DNA of 64,000 bases from an uncultured delta proteobacterium (GTDB lineage: Bacteria; Desulfobacterota; Binatia; JACPRU01): assembly GCA_963790365.1 (NCBI GenBank), contig CAWBOU010000016.1, positions 141,783-205,782 of the forward strand, in the 5' to 3' direction. Under the pieces are notes generated by a model, which was not told the DNA's origin, did no database searches, and worked only from the letters and a program-made list of their open reading frames with translations. The position numbers and the translations under genes are program-made. This document shows positions 35,506 through 43,943 of this stretch, one piece after another. How positions within the stretch are numbered: the first letter of the stretch is position 1; the number at the start of each line of letters is the position of its first letter.

Positions 35506-35952
35506 TCAACGCTCGACGACCGCCTCGCGCACCTTCACGGGCGTGAGCCTATGGTCGCGAGAGTCGAAGACGACGCGCCAAACTTCCACTCGCAGGTAGC
35601 GTGCGCGCACTGCGCCGCCCTCTTTCGCCACCGACTGGTTGAAATCGGCGGCGAGCTCGTTTGCGAGCGAAGACAAACGCTCGGGCGTAGGAATCGAGCG
35701 GACTTCCCAGGTGAGACGCTCGAACCGCGCGGGAATCCGGAGCGGTGTTTCGCGGCCATCTTCTCCTACGAGATAGCAACGCACGATGCGCCGACGGGGG
35801 TTATCCACCGTCGAGAACATGCCAAACCCGCCACCCTTCCAAGGCGTGAGATCGTGAACACGAACTTGGTAGGCCTGGGCGGCGGCGATGAGGAGGAGGA
35901 TCGCGGGTGCCGTCCAGCGCAAGACGCGGTCGCGAACGTCCACCGTGCTCAT
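35506..35952 (-). CDS. Small single-TM protein with a W-x-GGGFGMFSTVD motif (SdpA-like?), module A
   Basis: Track ORF 35506..36024. I start it at ATG 35952 (MSTVDVRDRVLRWTAPAILLLIAAAQAY). It is a paralogue of 42628..43092. Shared motifs are 'W(K/R)GGGFGMFSTVD', 'IPTPERL/ILPTPDRL' and 'VEVWR..FD'. Confidence 0.6.
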   Translation of the reverse strand: MSTVDVRDRVLRWTAPAILLLIAAAQAYQVRVHDLTPWKGGGFGMFSTVDNPRRRIVRCYLVGEDGRETPLRIPARFERLTWEVRSIPTPERLSSLANELAADFNQSVAKEGGAVRARYLRVEVWRVVFDSRDHRLTPVKVREAVVER

Positions 35953-36056
35953 CCGATGCGAGCGTCGCGCCGGGGCGGCGTCGTCGCCGGGCCGAGCCCT
36001 AGCACAACGATCGAGAGGTCGCACTCTGGGAGCCTGCTTTTCGCCCTAGACCCGGC

Positions 36057-36791
36057 ATGCTACAGCGGTCGGTGTCGATGGGCCGCCGGCTTCTTTTCCT
36101 CAGTCTCGTCGTCTTGCAGGCGGCGACGCTCACTTGGCCGGGCGCTGCTCGAGGCGCGTTGATCGACTACGAGGACGGCCGGCTCTCGGCTGATGCGCAA
36201 GGCGTACAGGCGGAAAGCTTGTTCGCCGCGCTCGAAAAGCAGGCCGGCGTGCGGGTCGAAGCCTCGAAGCAGATCCGCGAGAAGTCGGTGACGGTGAGCT
36301 TTCGCGCGCTCCCGGTGGAAGACGGGATGCGCCAGATCGTCCGGAGCTTGGGGATTCCGGGGTACGCCGTGCTCTACGATCCGAAAGCAGCTCGGCAGAC
36401 GTACGTCTTGATGGAGTCGACCGCGGCGGCGCCGAGCCTCGCGAAGCCATCCGTCGCGCCCCCGGCCCCGGTTGCCGCGGCTGATCCGAATTCCTCACCG
36501 ACCCCGCGGCAGCTCGACAAAGAGGAGCTCCTGGAGCTCGCCAAGCAGCGACGCGAGGCGCGCCTCCGCTCGGACCCGGAGCGTCAACAGAAGCTCGAGG
36601 CGAAGCGATTGGAGAAAGAGGATCGCAAGCGCGCCAACGAGGAGCGGAAGCAAGAGCGGGCCGAGCAGAAGCGCGAGCGCGACGGACAGAAGGGGATCGA
36701 GCGAGAAGCGCGCCGCGCGGCGCGTGAAGCCGTGGGCGCGAATCCGGTCGACGGCGCCGGCAAGGAAACGGTCGAGCGCGCTCGGCAGTGA
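36057..36791 (+). CDS. Secreted STN-like protein with a long Lys/Arg/Glu-rich tail
   Basis: Track ORF. It has a signal peptide. 'SADAQGVQAESLFAALEKQAGVRVEA...VTVSFRALPVEDGMRQIVRSLG' is STN-like. It then has a Pro/Ala linker and 'QRREARLRSDPERQQKLEAKRLEKEDRKRANEERKQERAEQKRERD'. Its stop overlaps the start of the next gene (GTGA). Confidence 0.55.
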   Translation: MLQRSVSMGRRLLFLSLVVLQAATLTWPGAARGALIDYEDGRLSADAQGVQAESLFAALEKQAGVRVEASKQIREKSVTVSFRALPVEDGMRQIVRSLGIPGYAVLYDPKAARQTYVLMESTAAAPSLAKPSVAPPAPVAAADPNSSPTPRQLDKEELLELAKQRREARLRSDPERQQKLEAKRLEKEDRKRANEERKQERAEQKRERDGQKGIEREARRAAREAVGANPVDGAGKETVERARQ

Positions 36792-39700
36792 TCCTGCGGC
36801 TCATGCGGTTGCGCCAGGCAGCCGTCTTCGGCGCGCTCTGCCTCCTGCTGCTCCAGCCGTGCCGAGCCGGCGCGACGACGCCGGGCGAGGCCGCCGATCT
36901 CCGTGACGTCGGCGTGGCCGAGCTCGAGAACGAGCGTCCGATCGACGCCGAGAAGGCCTTTCGTCGGCTGATCGAGATCGCCGCCGGGGATCCGCTCGGG
37001 CACGCGAACCTGGCGATCGCGTTGCTTCGCCAACAGAAGCACGCCGAGGCGCTCAGCGCAGTCGGCCGAGCTCTCGAGCGCGCACCCGGCCGGCCCGATC
37101 TCTTGTCGATCGAAGGAGAGATCCTCGCCGCCGACGGGCAGCTGGACGAAGCGCTCCGCGTGCTCGCCGACGCCGCACGTGGTGCTCCGGACGATCCCGA
37201 AACGCAGTTCGCGTTGGCCCGCCACGCTGCCACGGTCGATGGCGACCAAGCGAAGGCGTTGGCCGGCGAAGCCCTCGAGCGTCTCGCCGACCTGCGCCCG
37301 GAAAACTTGGTGGTGAACCTGCAACGCGCGCGCTCGGCAGTTGGCGCGGGCGACCGTGCGACGGCGTCGTCCGCCTACCTCCGGATCAAGGAGCTCTCGT
37401 GGAACGCGCCGCCGGCCGCGGCTCAGCTTCTGGAGCGGATCCTCGGCGCGCTCGCCGACGGCAAGCTCGAGCAGGCACGGACGCCATCTCTCCAGCTCGA
37501 GAACGTCCTCAAAGTCACGAACGCGTATCAACGGAGCCTGCAAGAGCTCTACATCGGAATCCAGGGACGTCCGATCCTCCGGTTCGCGAGCGAGCCGCCG
37601 GCGGAATCGTTCGGTGATCCGTTGCCGGTCGCGTTCCGCGCGTCACGTCTCGACTCCGGCGAAACGCTCGCCGCGGGCCTCGTGGCCGCCGACTTCGACG
37701 GTGACGGTCGCGGCGACGTGGCGCGGATCCGCGGCGGATCGCCGCGCATTCTCGAGGTGCGACTCGCGTCCTCGCAATGGAAGGTCGATCACCGTTTCCC
37801 GGTGGACGGTGCCGCGCAATTGCTCGTGGCGGATCTCGACAACGACGGCGCGCTCGATCTCGGCACTTTCGGTGCGAACGAGGCGAGCGTTTTTCGTGGC
37901 AACGGCCGTGGCGCGTTCGAGGCGGTCGCCGGTGCCTTCGGCCTCGGTGGCGGCGCAGCCGCGGTCGCGGCCGATTTCGATGCCGACGGCGATCTCGACG
38001 TCGCGGTCGCCGGTGGCAAGGCCAAGCCGCTCGAGCTCCACCGCAACGCGGGCCCCGGCCGCTTCGAGGCGATTGGAGCGGCGCCTTTTCCGAAGCTCGG
38101 TGCGGAGCTCCCACGTGCGATGCGAGCGGCGGACGTCGACCGCGATGGGGACCTCGACCTCGTGATCGCGAGCGGCAAGCGTCTCGTGTGGCTGTCGAAT
38201 CAGCGACAGGGGCGTTTCGAAGACCGCGGCGAGGAGGCCGGCCTCGCGAGCGCATCGGGAGTGGAGTCGGTCGTGAGCGCAGACCTCGACAACGACGGCC
38301 GCCCCGATCTCCTGACGGCGGGCCGGCAGGTCGCGATCTGGCGGAACGCCGGCGGCGGGCGTTTCGAGGGCCAGCAGGCGGCGGTCTCCTCCAAGAAGGG
38401 CAAGTATTCGTCGCCTATCGCTTTCGACGCCGACAACGACGGCCGGCTCGAAGTCGCGGCGATCCTCGAACGCCGACTGGTCCTCGTCGGGCAGCGCCCG
38501 AGCCTCGTGTTCGAAGCGATCTCGATCGAAGGCTCGCCCGGCGCGCTGTCGATCGTCGCCGCGGCGGACCTCGATGCCGACGGCGACGTCGATCTCGTGG
38601 CCGGTGGTCCTTCGGGCCTCTACCGCCTCGACAACGAGGGCGGTAATCGCAACCACTGGTTGAGCGTCCGACTGCGAGGCCTGAAGGAAGGAAACGGCAA
38701 GAACAACCTCTTCGGCTTCGGCGCGACGATCGAGGTGCGAAGCGGCTCCGCGCTGCAGTATCGCGAAGTCGTCGGACCAGTCACGCACCTCGGCCTCGGC
38801 AAGAGAAAGTCCGCCGATGTGCTGCGCGTCGTCTGGACGAACGGCGTGCCGCAGAACCGACTGCGAGTGGGCGGCGACCAGTCGATCGTCGAAGAGCAAG
38901 TGCTCAAGGGAAGCTGTCCGATGCTGTTCGCGTGGAACGGCCAGCGCTACGAGTTCGTCACCGATCTCCTGTGGAACGCGCCGCTCGGATTGCCGGTGGG
39001 ACTCGACGTTTGGGCAGGAGCCGAGCCCGAAGAGCTCGTCGAAGTTCGCGGCGCGGTTCCCGACCGCGGAGTCTACCGTCTTGCCGTGACCGAGGAGCTT
39101 TGGGAGGCGGCCTACTTCGACCGCGCACGTCTCTGGGTCGTCGACGCGCCGCCGGACGTCGCGGTAGCGAGCAACTTGCGCGTCGTGCCGGGGCGGAAGC
39201 TCGGCACCCGCTTGCTCGGCAGTCGCGGCGTGCGGCCCGTCGCGGCTGCTTGGGACGGAGCGGGGCGCGAAGCCACCGAGCAGGTCGCCCGTCGCGACGA
39301 AGTCTACGCGGACGGCTTCGAGGAAGGACCGTACCAGGGAGTGTCCGCCCGTCCGTGGAGCTTCACGTTCGACCTCGGCGAGGCGCCCGCCGCACCGATT
39401 CGACTGCTTCTCGAAGGCTGGATCTTCCCGTCGGACGCGAGCCTGAACATCGCCATGGCACAGCGCGCCGATCTCGAGCGGCCGTCGCCGCGCCTCGAGG
39501 TCGAGACGCCGAACGGCTGGCGCACGCTCGTCGCGGATCTCGGGCATCCGGCGGGCAAGACGAAGACCATGGTCGTCGACACGCCGCCGCTACCGGCCGG
39601 ATCGCATCGATTGCGGATCGTGTCCGCTCTGTGGCTCTCGTGGGACCAGATTGCGTGGACGAGGGACATCGCCGACGATGCGTTGCTCGTCCGCGCGAAG

Positions 39701-40162
39701 CTCGACCCGTCCGCCGCGAACCTTCGCTACCGCGGTTTTTCGCGCGTGCGACGCCAGGCGCCGAACGCGCCCCATGTCTTCGACTACGAGCACGTTCGGC
39801 GCGATTCACCATGGCTGCCGTTTCGCGGTCCCTACACGAGGTACGGAGATGTGCGTCCCTTGCTCGATGCCGCCGATGATCGAGTGGTGATCTTCGGGCC
39901 CGGGGACGAGCTCGCGATCGGATTCGACGCCGCGACGTTGCCGCGGCCGCCGGCGGGCTGGATCCGATCCGTGTTCCTCGAGAGCACGGGATGGGACAAG
40001 GACGCCGACCGAAACACCTACGAGGCGTCTGGCGTCGAGCCGCTGCCTTTCCACGAGATGAGCGGCTACCCCTACGCGCCGGGCGAGACATACCCGGACG
40101 ACGCGTTCCACCGAGACTATCGCCGCGAGTGGCTCATCCGGGAGGCTCCGGGAGCGGAGTGA
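36788..40162 (+). CDS. TPR + FG-GAP/VCBS repeats + ASPIC/UnbV (CRTAC1-type) protein with a ~430-aa C-terminal extension
   Basis: Track ORF of 1124 aa. It has a signal peptide and N-terminal TPR-like helices. It has repeated D-x-D-x-D-G loops (DFDGDGRGD, DLDNDGALD, DFDADGDLD, DVDRDGDLD, DLDNDGRPD, DLDADGDVD). The ASPIC part reads 'NHWLSVRLRG..GFGATIEVRSG...THLGLGKRKSADVLRVVWTNG'. Confidence 0.8.
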   Translation: MILRLMRLRQAAVFGALCLLLLQPCRAGATTPGEAADLRDVGVAELENERPIDAEKAFRRLIEIAAGDPLGHANLAIALLRQQKHAEALSAVGRALERAPGRPDLLSIEGEILAADGQLDEALRVLADAARGAPDDPETQFALARHAATVDGDQAKALAGEALERLADLRPENLVVNLQRARSAVGAGDRATASSAYLRIKELSWNAPPAAAQLLERILGALADGKLEQARTPSLQLENVLKVTNAYQRSLQELYIGIQGRPILRFASEPPAESFGDPLPVAFRASRLDSGETLAAGLVAADFDGDGRGDVARIRGGSPRILEVRLASSQWKVDHRFPVDGAAQLLVADLDNDGALDLGTFGANEASVFRGNGRGAFEAVAGAFGLGGGAAAVAADFDADGDLDVAVAGGKAKPLELHRNAGPGRFEAIGAAPFPKLGAELPRAMRAADVDRDGDLDLVIASGKRLVWLSNQRQGRFEDRGEEAGLASASGVESVVSADLDNDGRPDLLTAGRQVAIWRNAGGGRFEGQQAAVSSKKGKYSSPIAFDADNDGRLEVAAILERRLVLVGQRPSLVFEAISIEGSPGALSIVAAADLDADGDVDLVAGGPSGLYRLDNEGGNRNHWLSVRLRGLKEGNGKNNLFGFGATIEVRSGSALQYREVVGPVTHLGLGKRKSADVLRVVWTNGVPQNRLRVGGDQSIVEEQVLKGSCPMLFAWNGQRYEFVTDLLWNAPLGLPVGLDVWAGAEPEELVEVRGAVPDRGVYRLAVTEELWEAAYFDRARLWVVDAPPDVAVASNLRVVPGRKLGTRLLGSRGVRPVAAAWDGAGREATEQVARRDEVYADGFEEGPYQGVSARPWSFTFDLGEAPAAPIRLLLEGWIFPSDASLNIAMAQRADLERPSPRLEVETPNGWRTLVADLGHPAGKTKTMVVDTPPLPAGSHRLRIVSALWLSWDQIAWTRDIADDALLVRAKLDPSAANLRYRGFSRVRRQAPNAPHVFDYEHVRRDSPWLPFRGPYTRYGDVRPLLDAADDRVVIFGPGDELAIGFDAATLPRPPAGWIRSVFLESTGWDKDADRNTYEASGVEPLPFHEMSGYPYAPGETYPDDAFHRDYRREWLIREAPGAE

Positions 40163-42596
40163 CGCTCGCCGATCGCTCCTTCTTCGCGAGCGCGGCGGCC
40201 TTCGCTTCGTGGTCGGCGGCGCGGGAATCGCCGCGCTTCCGATAGATCTCGGAGAGGATGCGGTGCGCGCCCGCATGGTCGGGGCGAGCATCGACGACCT
40301 GGCGCGACCACTTCTCGGCTTCACGATCGTCGCCCTTCGCGAGCAACAATGACGAAAGGCGGAACGCAGCTTCGCTGCGACCCGCATCGATGGAGAGCGC
40401 TTTGCGGAAATCGGCCTCGGCGTCCGCCGCGCGTCGGAGCCGTGCCAAGACGGTGCCGCGTCCCACGTACGCGAATGCGTCGTTCGGATTCAGCTGGAGA
40501 ATCTTCTCGTAGAGCGGGAGCGCTTCTTCGTTTCTCCCGAGTCCGGAATAGACGCTCGCGAGCCTGCGCGCGTAGCCTACGGCACCTGGCAGATCGGCGA
40601 CCAGCTCTTCGTAAAGGGTAGCCGCTTTCTTCGCGTCGCCGTCGGCGAGAGTGATTTCGGCGAGAAGCGCTCGCTGTTGCGGGGGCTTGCCCGTCGCCGA
40701 TTCGAGGAGCGCGCGCGCTTCCTGGTTTCGCCCGTGGCGATGGAGCAGGGTCGCGAGCAAGCCACGAGCGTGTACGAGGCGCTGCGACTCCGGCGCCTTC
40801 TTCAGAGCGTCCTCGAGCTTGGCGATTGCGGCGCCTTCGTCTTGCGATGCACGCGCGTTCGAATCGAGCGTGAGCACCCCATCGTTCCACGGATCGTCGG
40901 CGAGGAGCTTCGTCGTCTCGCGGATCGCCTCCTCGGGCTTGTTCGCCGCGAGGAGCGCGCGGGCACGAATCAGGGCGAGGTTCGACGGCGGCTTCGTGCT
41001 CTCGCTCGCGACTTGGTCGAGCACCACGAGCGCCTCGCCGGCGCGGTCGGCCATGGTGAGCACCTCGGCGAGCTGAAGCCGCACGTTGACGTTCCCCGTG
41101 AGATCGGCCAGGTCGCGGTAGGTCTTGACGGCGTCCTCGTAGCGCTGCGTCCGGAAATAGATCGGGCCGAGGACCCCCAGGGCGACGGGCCGAATCACCT
41201 CGTTCGCGGTAAAGAGACGCAGCGCCTCGATGGCATCGGCGATGCGCCCCTGCCAGGCGATCGTCTCCGCGCGCTCGATCAACGTCACCGCCGAGACCAT
41301 GGCTCGCGGATCGGGTCTCTTGTCGGGCTCGAAGCGCTGCGCCTGGGCGACGTAGCCGAGCGCGGCGAGCTTCTGCGCGACGTCAGGATCGACCGCGCCT
41401 GCATCGGCGATCTCGGCCGGGCGGAGCTTCTCGTACGACTTGGTGAGCTCTTCTACGACCGCTGGCTGGTTGGCGGCGACGTCCTCGAGCTCGCCGGGAT
41501 CGGCGAGAGTGTCGTAGAGCTCCACCGGCTTCGGCTCGGCGGTCAGCTTCCATCGTTCCGTGCGCACGCCGCCGACGACCGACCAGCCGTACGCCTGTGC
41601 GGGAAAGTGCGTCTCGAAGTAGGCGACTTCCGCATCGGCTTTCTCCGCCAGACGCTGCTGGAGCGGGCGGCCGCTCGAATTCGCCGCCGGCGCAGCTCCC
41701 ACGGCGAGCAACACCGTCGGCGTCACGTCCGCCGTTTTGGCGAAGGCCTTGGAGCGCTCGTTGCCGCCGAACCCGGGCCCGGCGACGATCAGAGGAACCC
41801 GCAGCGTCGAGTCGTACGCCACGAGGCCGTGAGCCATTTCGTCGTGATCGCCGAGGCCCTCGCCGTGGTCCCCGACGGCGATGATCAGGGTCTCGCGGCC
41901 GCCGCTCGCCTGATCCGCGCCCGCCAGGAGGCGGCCGATCTCCGAGTCCACGTACGCGAGCGAGCCGTCGTACCGATTGCCGATGCGGTCGAAGGGAGGC
42001 GGTGCATGTCGGGGGAGATGGACGTCGTAGTAGTGCACCCACGCGAAATGAGGGCCGCTCGCGGATTGCCGGAGCCAGGCCAAGGCGCGATCCGTCGTCT
42101 GCTTCGCCTCGCGTCGCGCGTGCAAGAACGAAAGCTGCCCGTAGTCTCGGTCCGTTTCGTCGTCGTAGGTGTCGAAGCCTTGATCGAGGCCGAATTCGCG
42201 ATCGAGGACGACCGAGCTCACGAAGGCGCCGGTGCGATAGCCGCGAGCGTGGAGGAGCTCGGCGAGGGTCTCGAGTGAGGGCGGCGCGATGAAACCGCCG
42301 TTGTCGTGCACGCGGTGCTGGTTCGGATCGAGCCCGGTGAGCAGCGTGACGTGGGATGGCAACGTCATCGGTGCGCTCGCGAAAGCGCGCTCGAACGTCG
42401 CTCCGCGCGCGGCGAGAGCGTCGAGATTGGGGGTCGCCGCTTTGGCATGGCCGTAGGCGCCGATCCGGTCCGCGCGCGTGGTGTCGAGCGTGACGAGCAA
42501 CACGTTTGGGCTACTCGGGCGCTGGCAGGAGATGAACGAGAGCGCCCCGAGCAGGATGAGCGTCGCGACGATCCGTTTCCGATGGTTCTGCTTCAT
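40134..42596 (-). CDS. Sulfatase-like hydrolase/transferase-TPR fusion; lipoprotein (paralogue S4)
   Basis: Track ORF 40134..42680. I start it at ATG 42596 (MKQNHRKRIVATLILLGALSFISC). It has 'NVLLVTLDTTRADRIG', 'PMTLPSHVTLLTGLDPNQHRVHDN' (42333-42371), 'FAWVHYYDVHLPRH', 'AVGDHGEGLGDHDE' and 'LAALGYV', followed by TPR. It is closest to S3. Confidence 0.85.
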   Translation of the reverse strand: MKQNHRKRIVATLILLGALSFISCQRPSSPNVLLVTLDTTRADRIGAYGHAKAATPNLDALAARGATFERAFASAPMTLPSHVTLLTGLDPNQHRVHDNGGFIAPPSLETLAELLHARGYRTGAFVSSVVLDREFGLDQGFDTYDDETDRDYGQLSFLHARREAKQTTDRALAWLRQSASGPHFAWVHYYDVHLPRHAPPPFDRIGNRYDGSLAYVDSEIGRLLAGADQASGGRETLIIAVGDHGEGLGDHDEMAHGLVAYDSTLRVPLIVAGPGFGGNERSKAFAKTADVTPTVLLAVGAAPAANSSGRPLQQRLAEKADAEVAYFETHFPAQAYGWSVVGGVRTERWKLTAEPKPVELYDTLADPGELEDVAANQPAVVEELTKSYEKLRPAEIADAGAVDPDVAQKLAALGYVAQAQRFEPDKRPDPRAMVSAVTLIERAETIAWQGRIADAIEALRLFTANEVIRPVALGVLGPIYFRTQRYEDAVKTYRDLADLTGNVNVRLQLAEVLTMADRAGEALVVLDQVASESTKPPSNLALIRARALLAANKPEEAIRETTKLLADDPWNDGVLTLDSNARASQDEGAAIAKLEDALKKAPESQRLVHARGLLATLLHRHGRNQEARALLESATGKPPQQRALLAEITLADGDAKKAATLYEELVADLPGAVGYARRLASVYSGLGRNEEALPLYEKILQLNPNDAFAYVGRGTVLARLRRAADAEADFRKALSIDAGRSEAAFRLSSLLLAKGDDREAEKWSRQVVDARPDHAGAHRILSEIYRKRGDSRAADHEAKAAALAKKERSASVTPLPEPPG

Positions 42597-42627
42597 CACT
42601 TCTCTCGCAATGACGGTTCCGTGTGCT

Positions 42628-43092
42628 ATGAGCGCCGCTTCACCTCGCCGAATGACTCGCTGGTGGCAACGGTCCTGCATCTACGTCGCTCCTGCGGTCC
42701 TGGTCGGCGTTGCGGCGACCCAGGTCTATCACGTCCGCGCGAACGGGTTGACCGTGTGGCGAGGCGGTGGCTTCGGCATGTTCTCGACGGTCGACGGCCC
42801 GAGCCAGAGGCTGCTCCGGGCGTACCTCCTCGTGCAGGGCAAAGAGGTCGCGCTGACCGTCCCTCGTGACCTCGCGCGTGCGAACGCCGTGGCGAGGATC
42901 TTGCCGACGCCGGATCGTCTTCGTGCGCTCGGAGCGGAGCTGCTCGCGGTCGTGCGAAGCTCGCTCCCAGACGCGCGACAACCCCCCCAGAAGCTCGCCG
43001 TGCGCGTCGAGGTCTGGCGCCTGGCGTTCGACCCATCGACGTCGCGGCTGGAGCCGACCAAGTTTCGCGAAGCGGTCGTCGTGGAAGAATGA
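42628..43092 (+). CDS. Small single-TM protein with a W-x-GGGFGMFSTVD motif (SdpA-like?), module B
   Basis: This is the in-frame part of track 42478..43092. The candidate start is ATG 42628, with 42652 (MTRWWQR) as an alternative. It is a paralogue of 35506..35952. Its stop overlaps the next start by 4 nt. Confidence 0.6.
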   Translation: MSAASPRRMTRWWQRSCIYVAPAVLVGVAATQVYHVRANGLTVWRGGGFGMFSTVDGPSQRLLRAYLLVQGKEVALTVPRDLARANAVARILPTPDRLRALGAELLAVVRSSLPDARQPPQKLAVRVEVWRLAFDPSTSRLEPTKFREAVVVEE

Positions 43093-43943
43093 AGCTCGTC
43101 GCCAGACTCTTCGAAGATCGCGACCGGCTCGATCTCTCGCTGACCGCGACTTGTCTCCTCCTTGCGGTCGACCGTTACACACGACCGATTCCGATTCTCC
43201 TCGCCCTCCTCGCCCTCTTCTTCCGCTCGCTGCAACGGAGCGCGGGCTTCTGGCTGATCCTGGCCGCTGCGATCGGCGTCGGTACGTTCGACGGTTGGCC
43301 GCACCTCGACAACCACAAGTACCTCATCAACTACTGGCCGCTGGCGATCGGCTGTTGCCTGTTCGCGGCCGAACCCGAGCGCGCGATCGCCGCCAACGCC
43401 CGGCTCCTGATCGGCCTCGTTTTCCTGCTGGCCGTGGTCCAGAAGCTCGCCTCGCCAGATTTCCTCGACGGCAGCTACTTTCATTTTCAGCTGCTGAAGG
43501 ATCCTTACTTCGCGCCGCTTGCGCGCTGGGGAGGGACCAGCGCCACGCTGCTCGACGCAAATCTGCGCGGTATCGCCGGTCTGCACGATTACTCGACGCC
43601 CCCGAGCTCGCTCGTCTTGATCGCCGGCCCGAGGGTTCCCGCGATCGCCCAGGCGATGACGTGGTGGACGCTGTTGATCGAGGTCGCCGTGGCCGTCGGG
43701 TTTCTCGTTCGGCGCCCCGCCTGGATCGCGCGAGCTCGGGATCCCATCCTCTTGCTCTTCCTGTTCACGACCTACCTCTTCGCTCACGTCGCTGCCTTCG
43801 GCTGGATCCTCGTGGCGATGGGTCTGGCACAAACGGAGCCGCGCGCACGGCTCGTGCGCGGCCTCTACGTGCTCGCGTTCCTCGCCGTCCTCGCGTACGC
43901 GCTTCCGCACGTCGCTTACAACTGGGAAGCGCAGGCGGATTGA
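43089..43943 (+). CDS. Truncated HTTM-like polytopic membrane protein (SdpB-like?), module B
   Basis: Track ORF. It has 'WPHLDNHKYLINYWPLAIG', 'ARLLIGLVFLLAVVQK..PD(F/Y)LDGS(Y/F)FHF' and 'MTWWT..IE..VA..FL'. These are shared almost verbatim with 33045..33929. Confidence 0.6.
   Translation: MKLVARLFEDRDRLDLSLTATCLLLAVDRYTRPIPILLALLALFFRSLQRSAGFWLILAAAIGVGTFDGWPHLDNHKYLINYWPLAIGCCLFAAEPERAIAANARLLIGLVFLLAVVQKLASPDFLDGSYFHFQLLKDPYFAPLARWGGTSATLLDANLRGIAGLHDYSTPPSSLVLIAGPRVPAIAQAMTWWTLLIEVAVAVGFLVRRPAWIARARDPILLLFLFTTYLFAHVAAFGWILVAMGLAQTEPRARLVRGLYVLAFLAVLAYALPHVAYNWEAQAD

Noticed and set aside
21159-42278. Other very long shadow ORFs: 21159..23453(-), 25330..26571(-), 27497..29635(-), 33826..36162(+), 37643..39547(-) and 40677..42278(+). 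The ORF 9678..11123(+), outside this span, is the same kind.
   Set aside because: Each lies opposite to, or out of frame with, a gene that has strong family motifs. Their compositions are Arg/Glu/Asp/Gly-rich without hydrophobic structure.
21243-42596. Annotating S1-S4 as true (formylglycine) sulfatases.
   Set aside because: The C/S-x-P-x-R motif is replaced by T-L-P-(S/A)-H in all four. No fGly-maturation gene is seen nearby.
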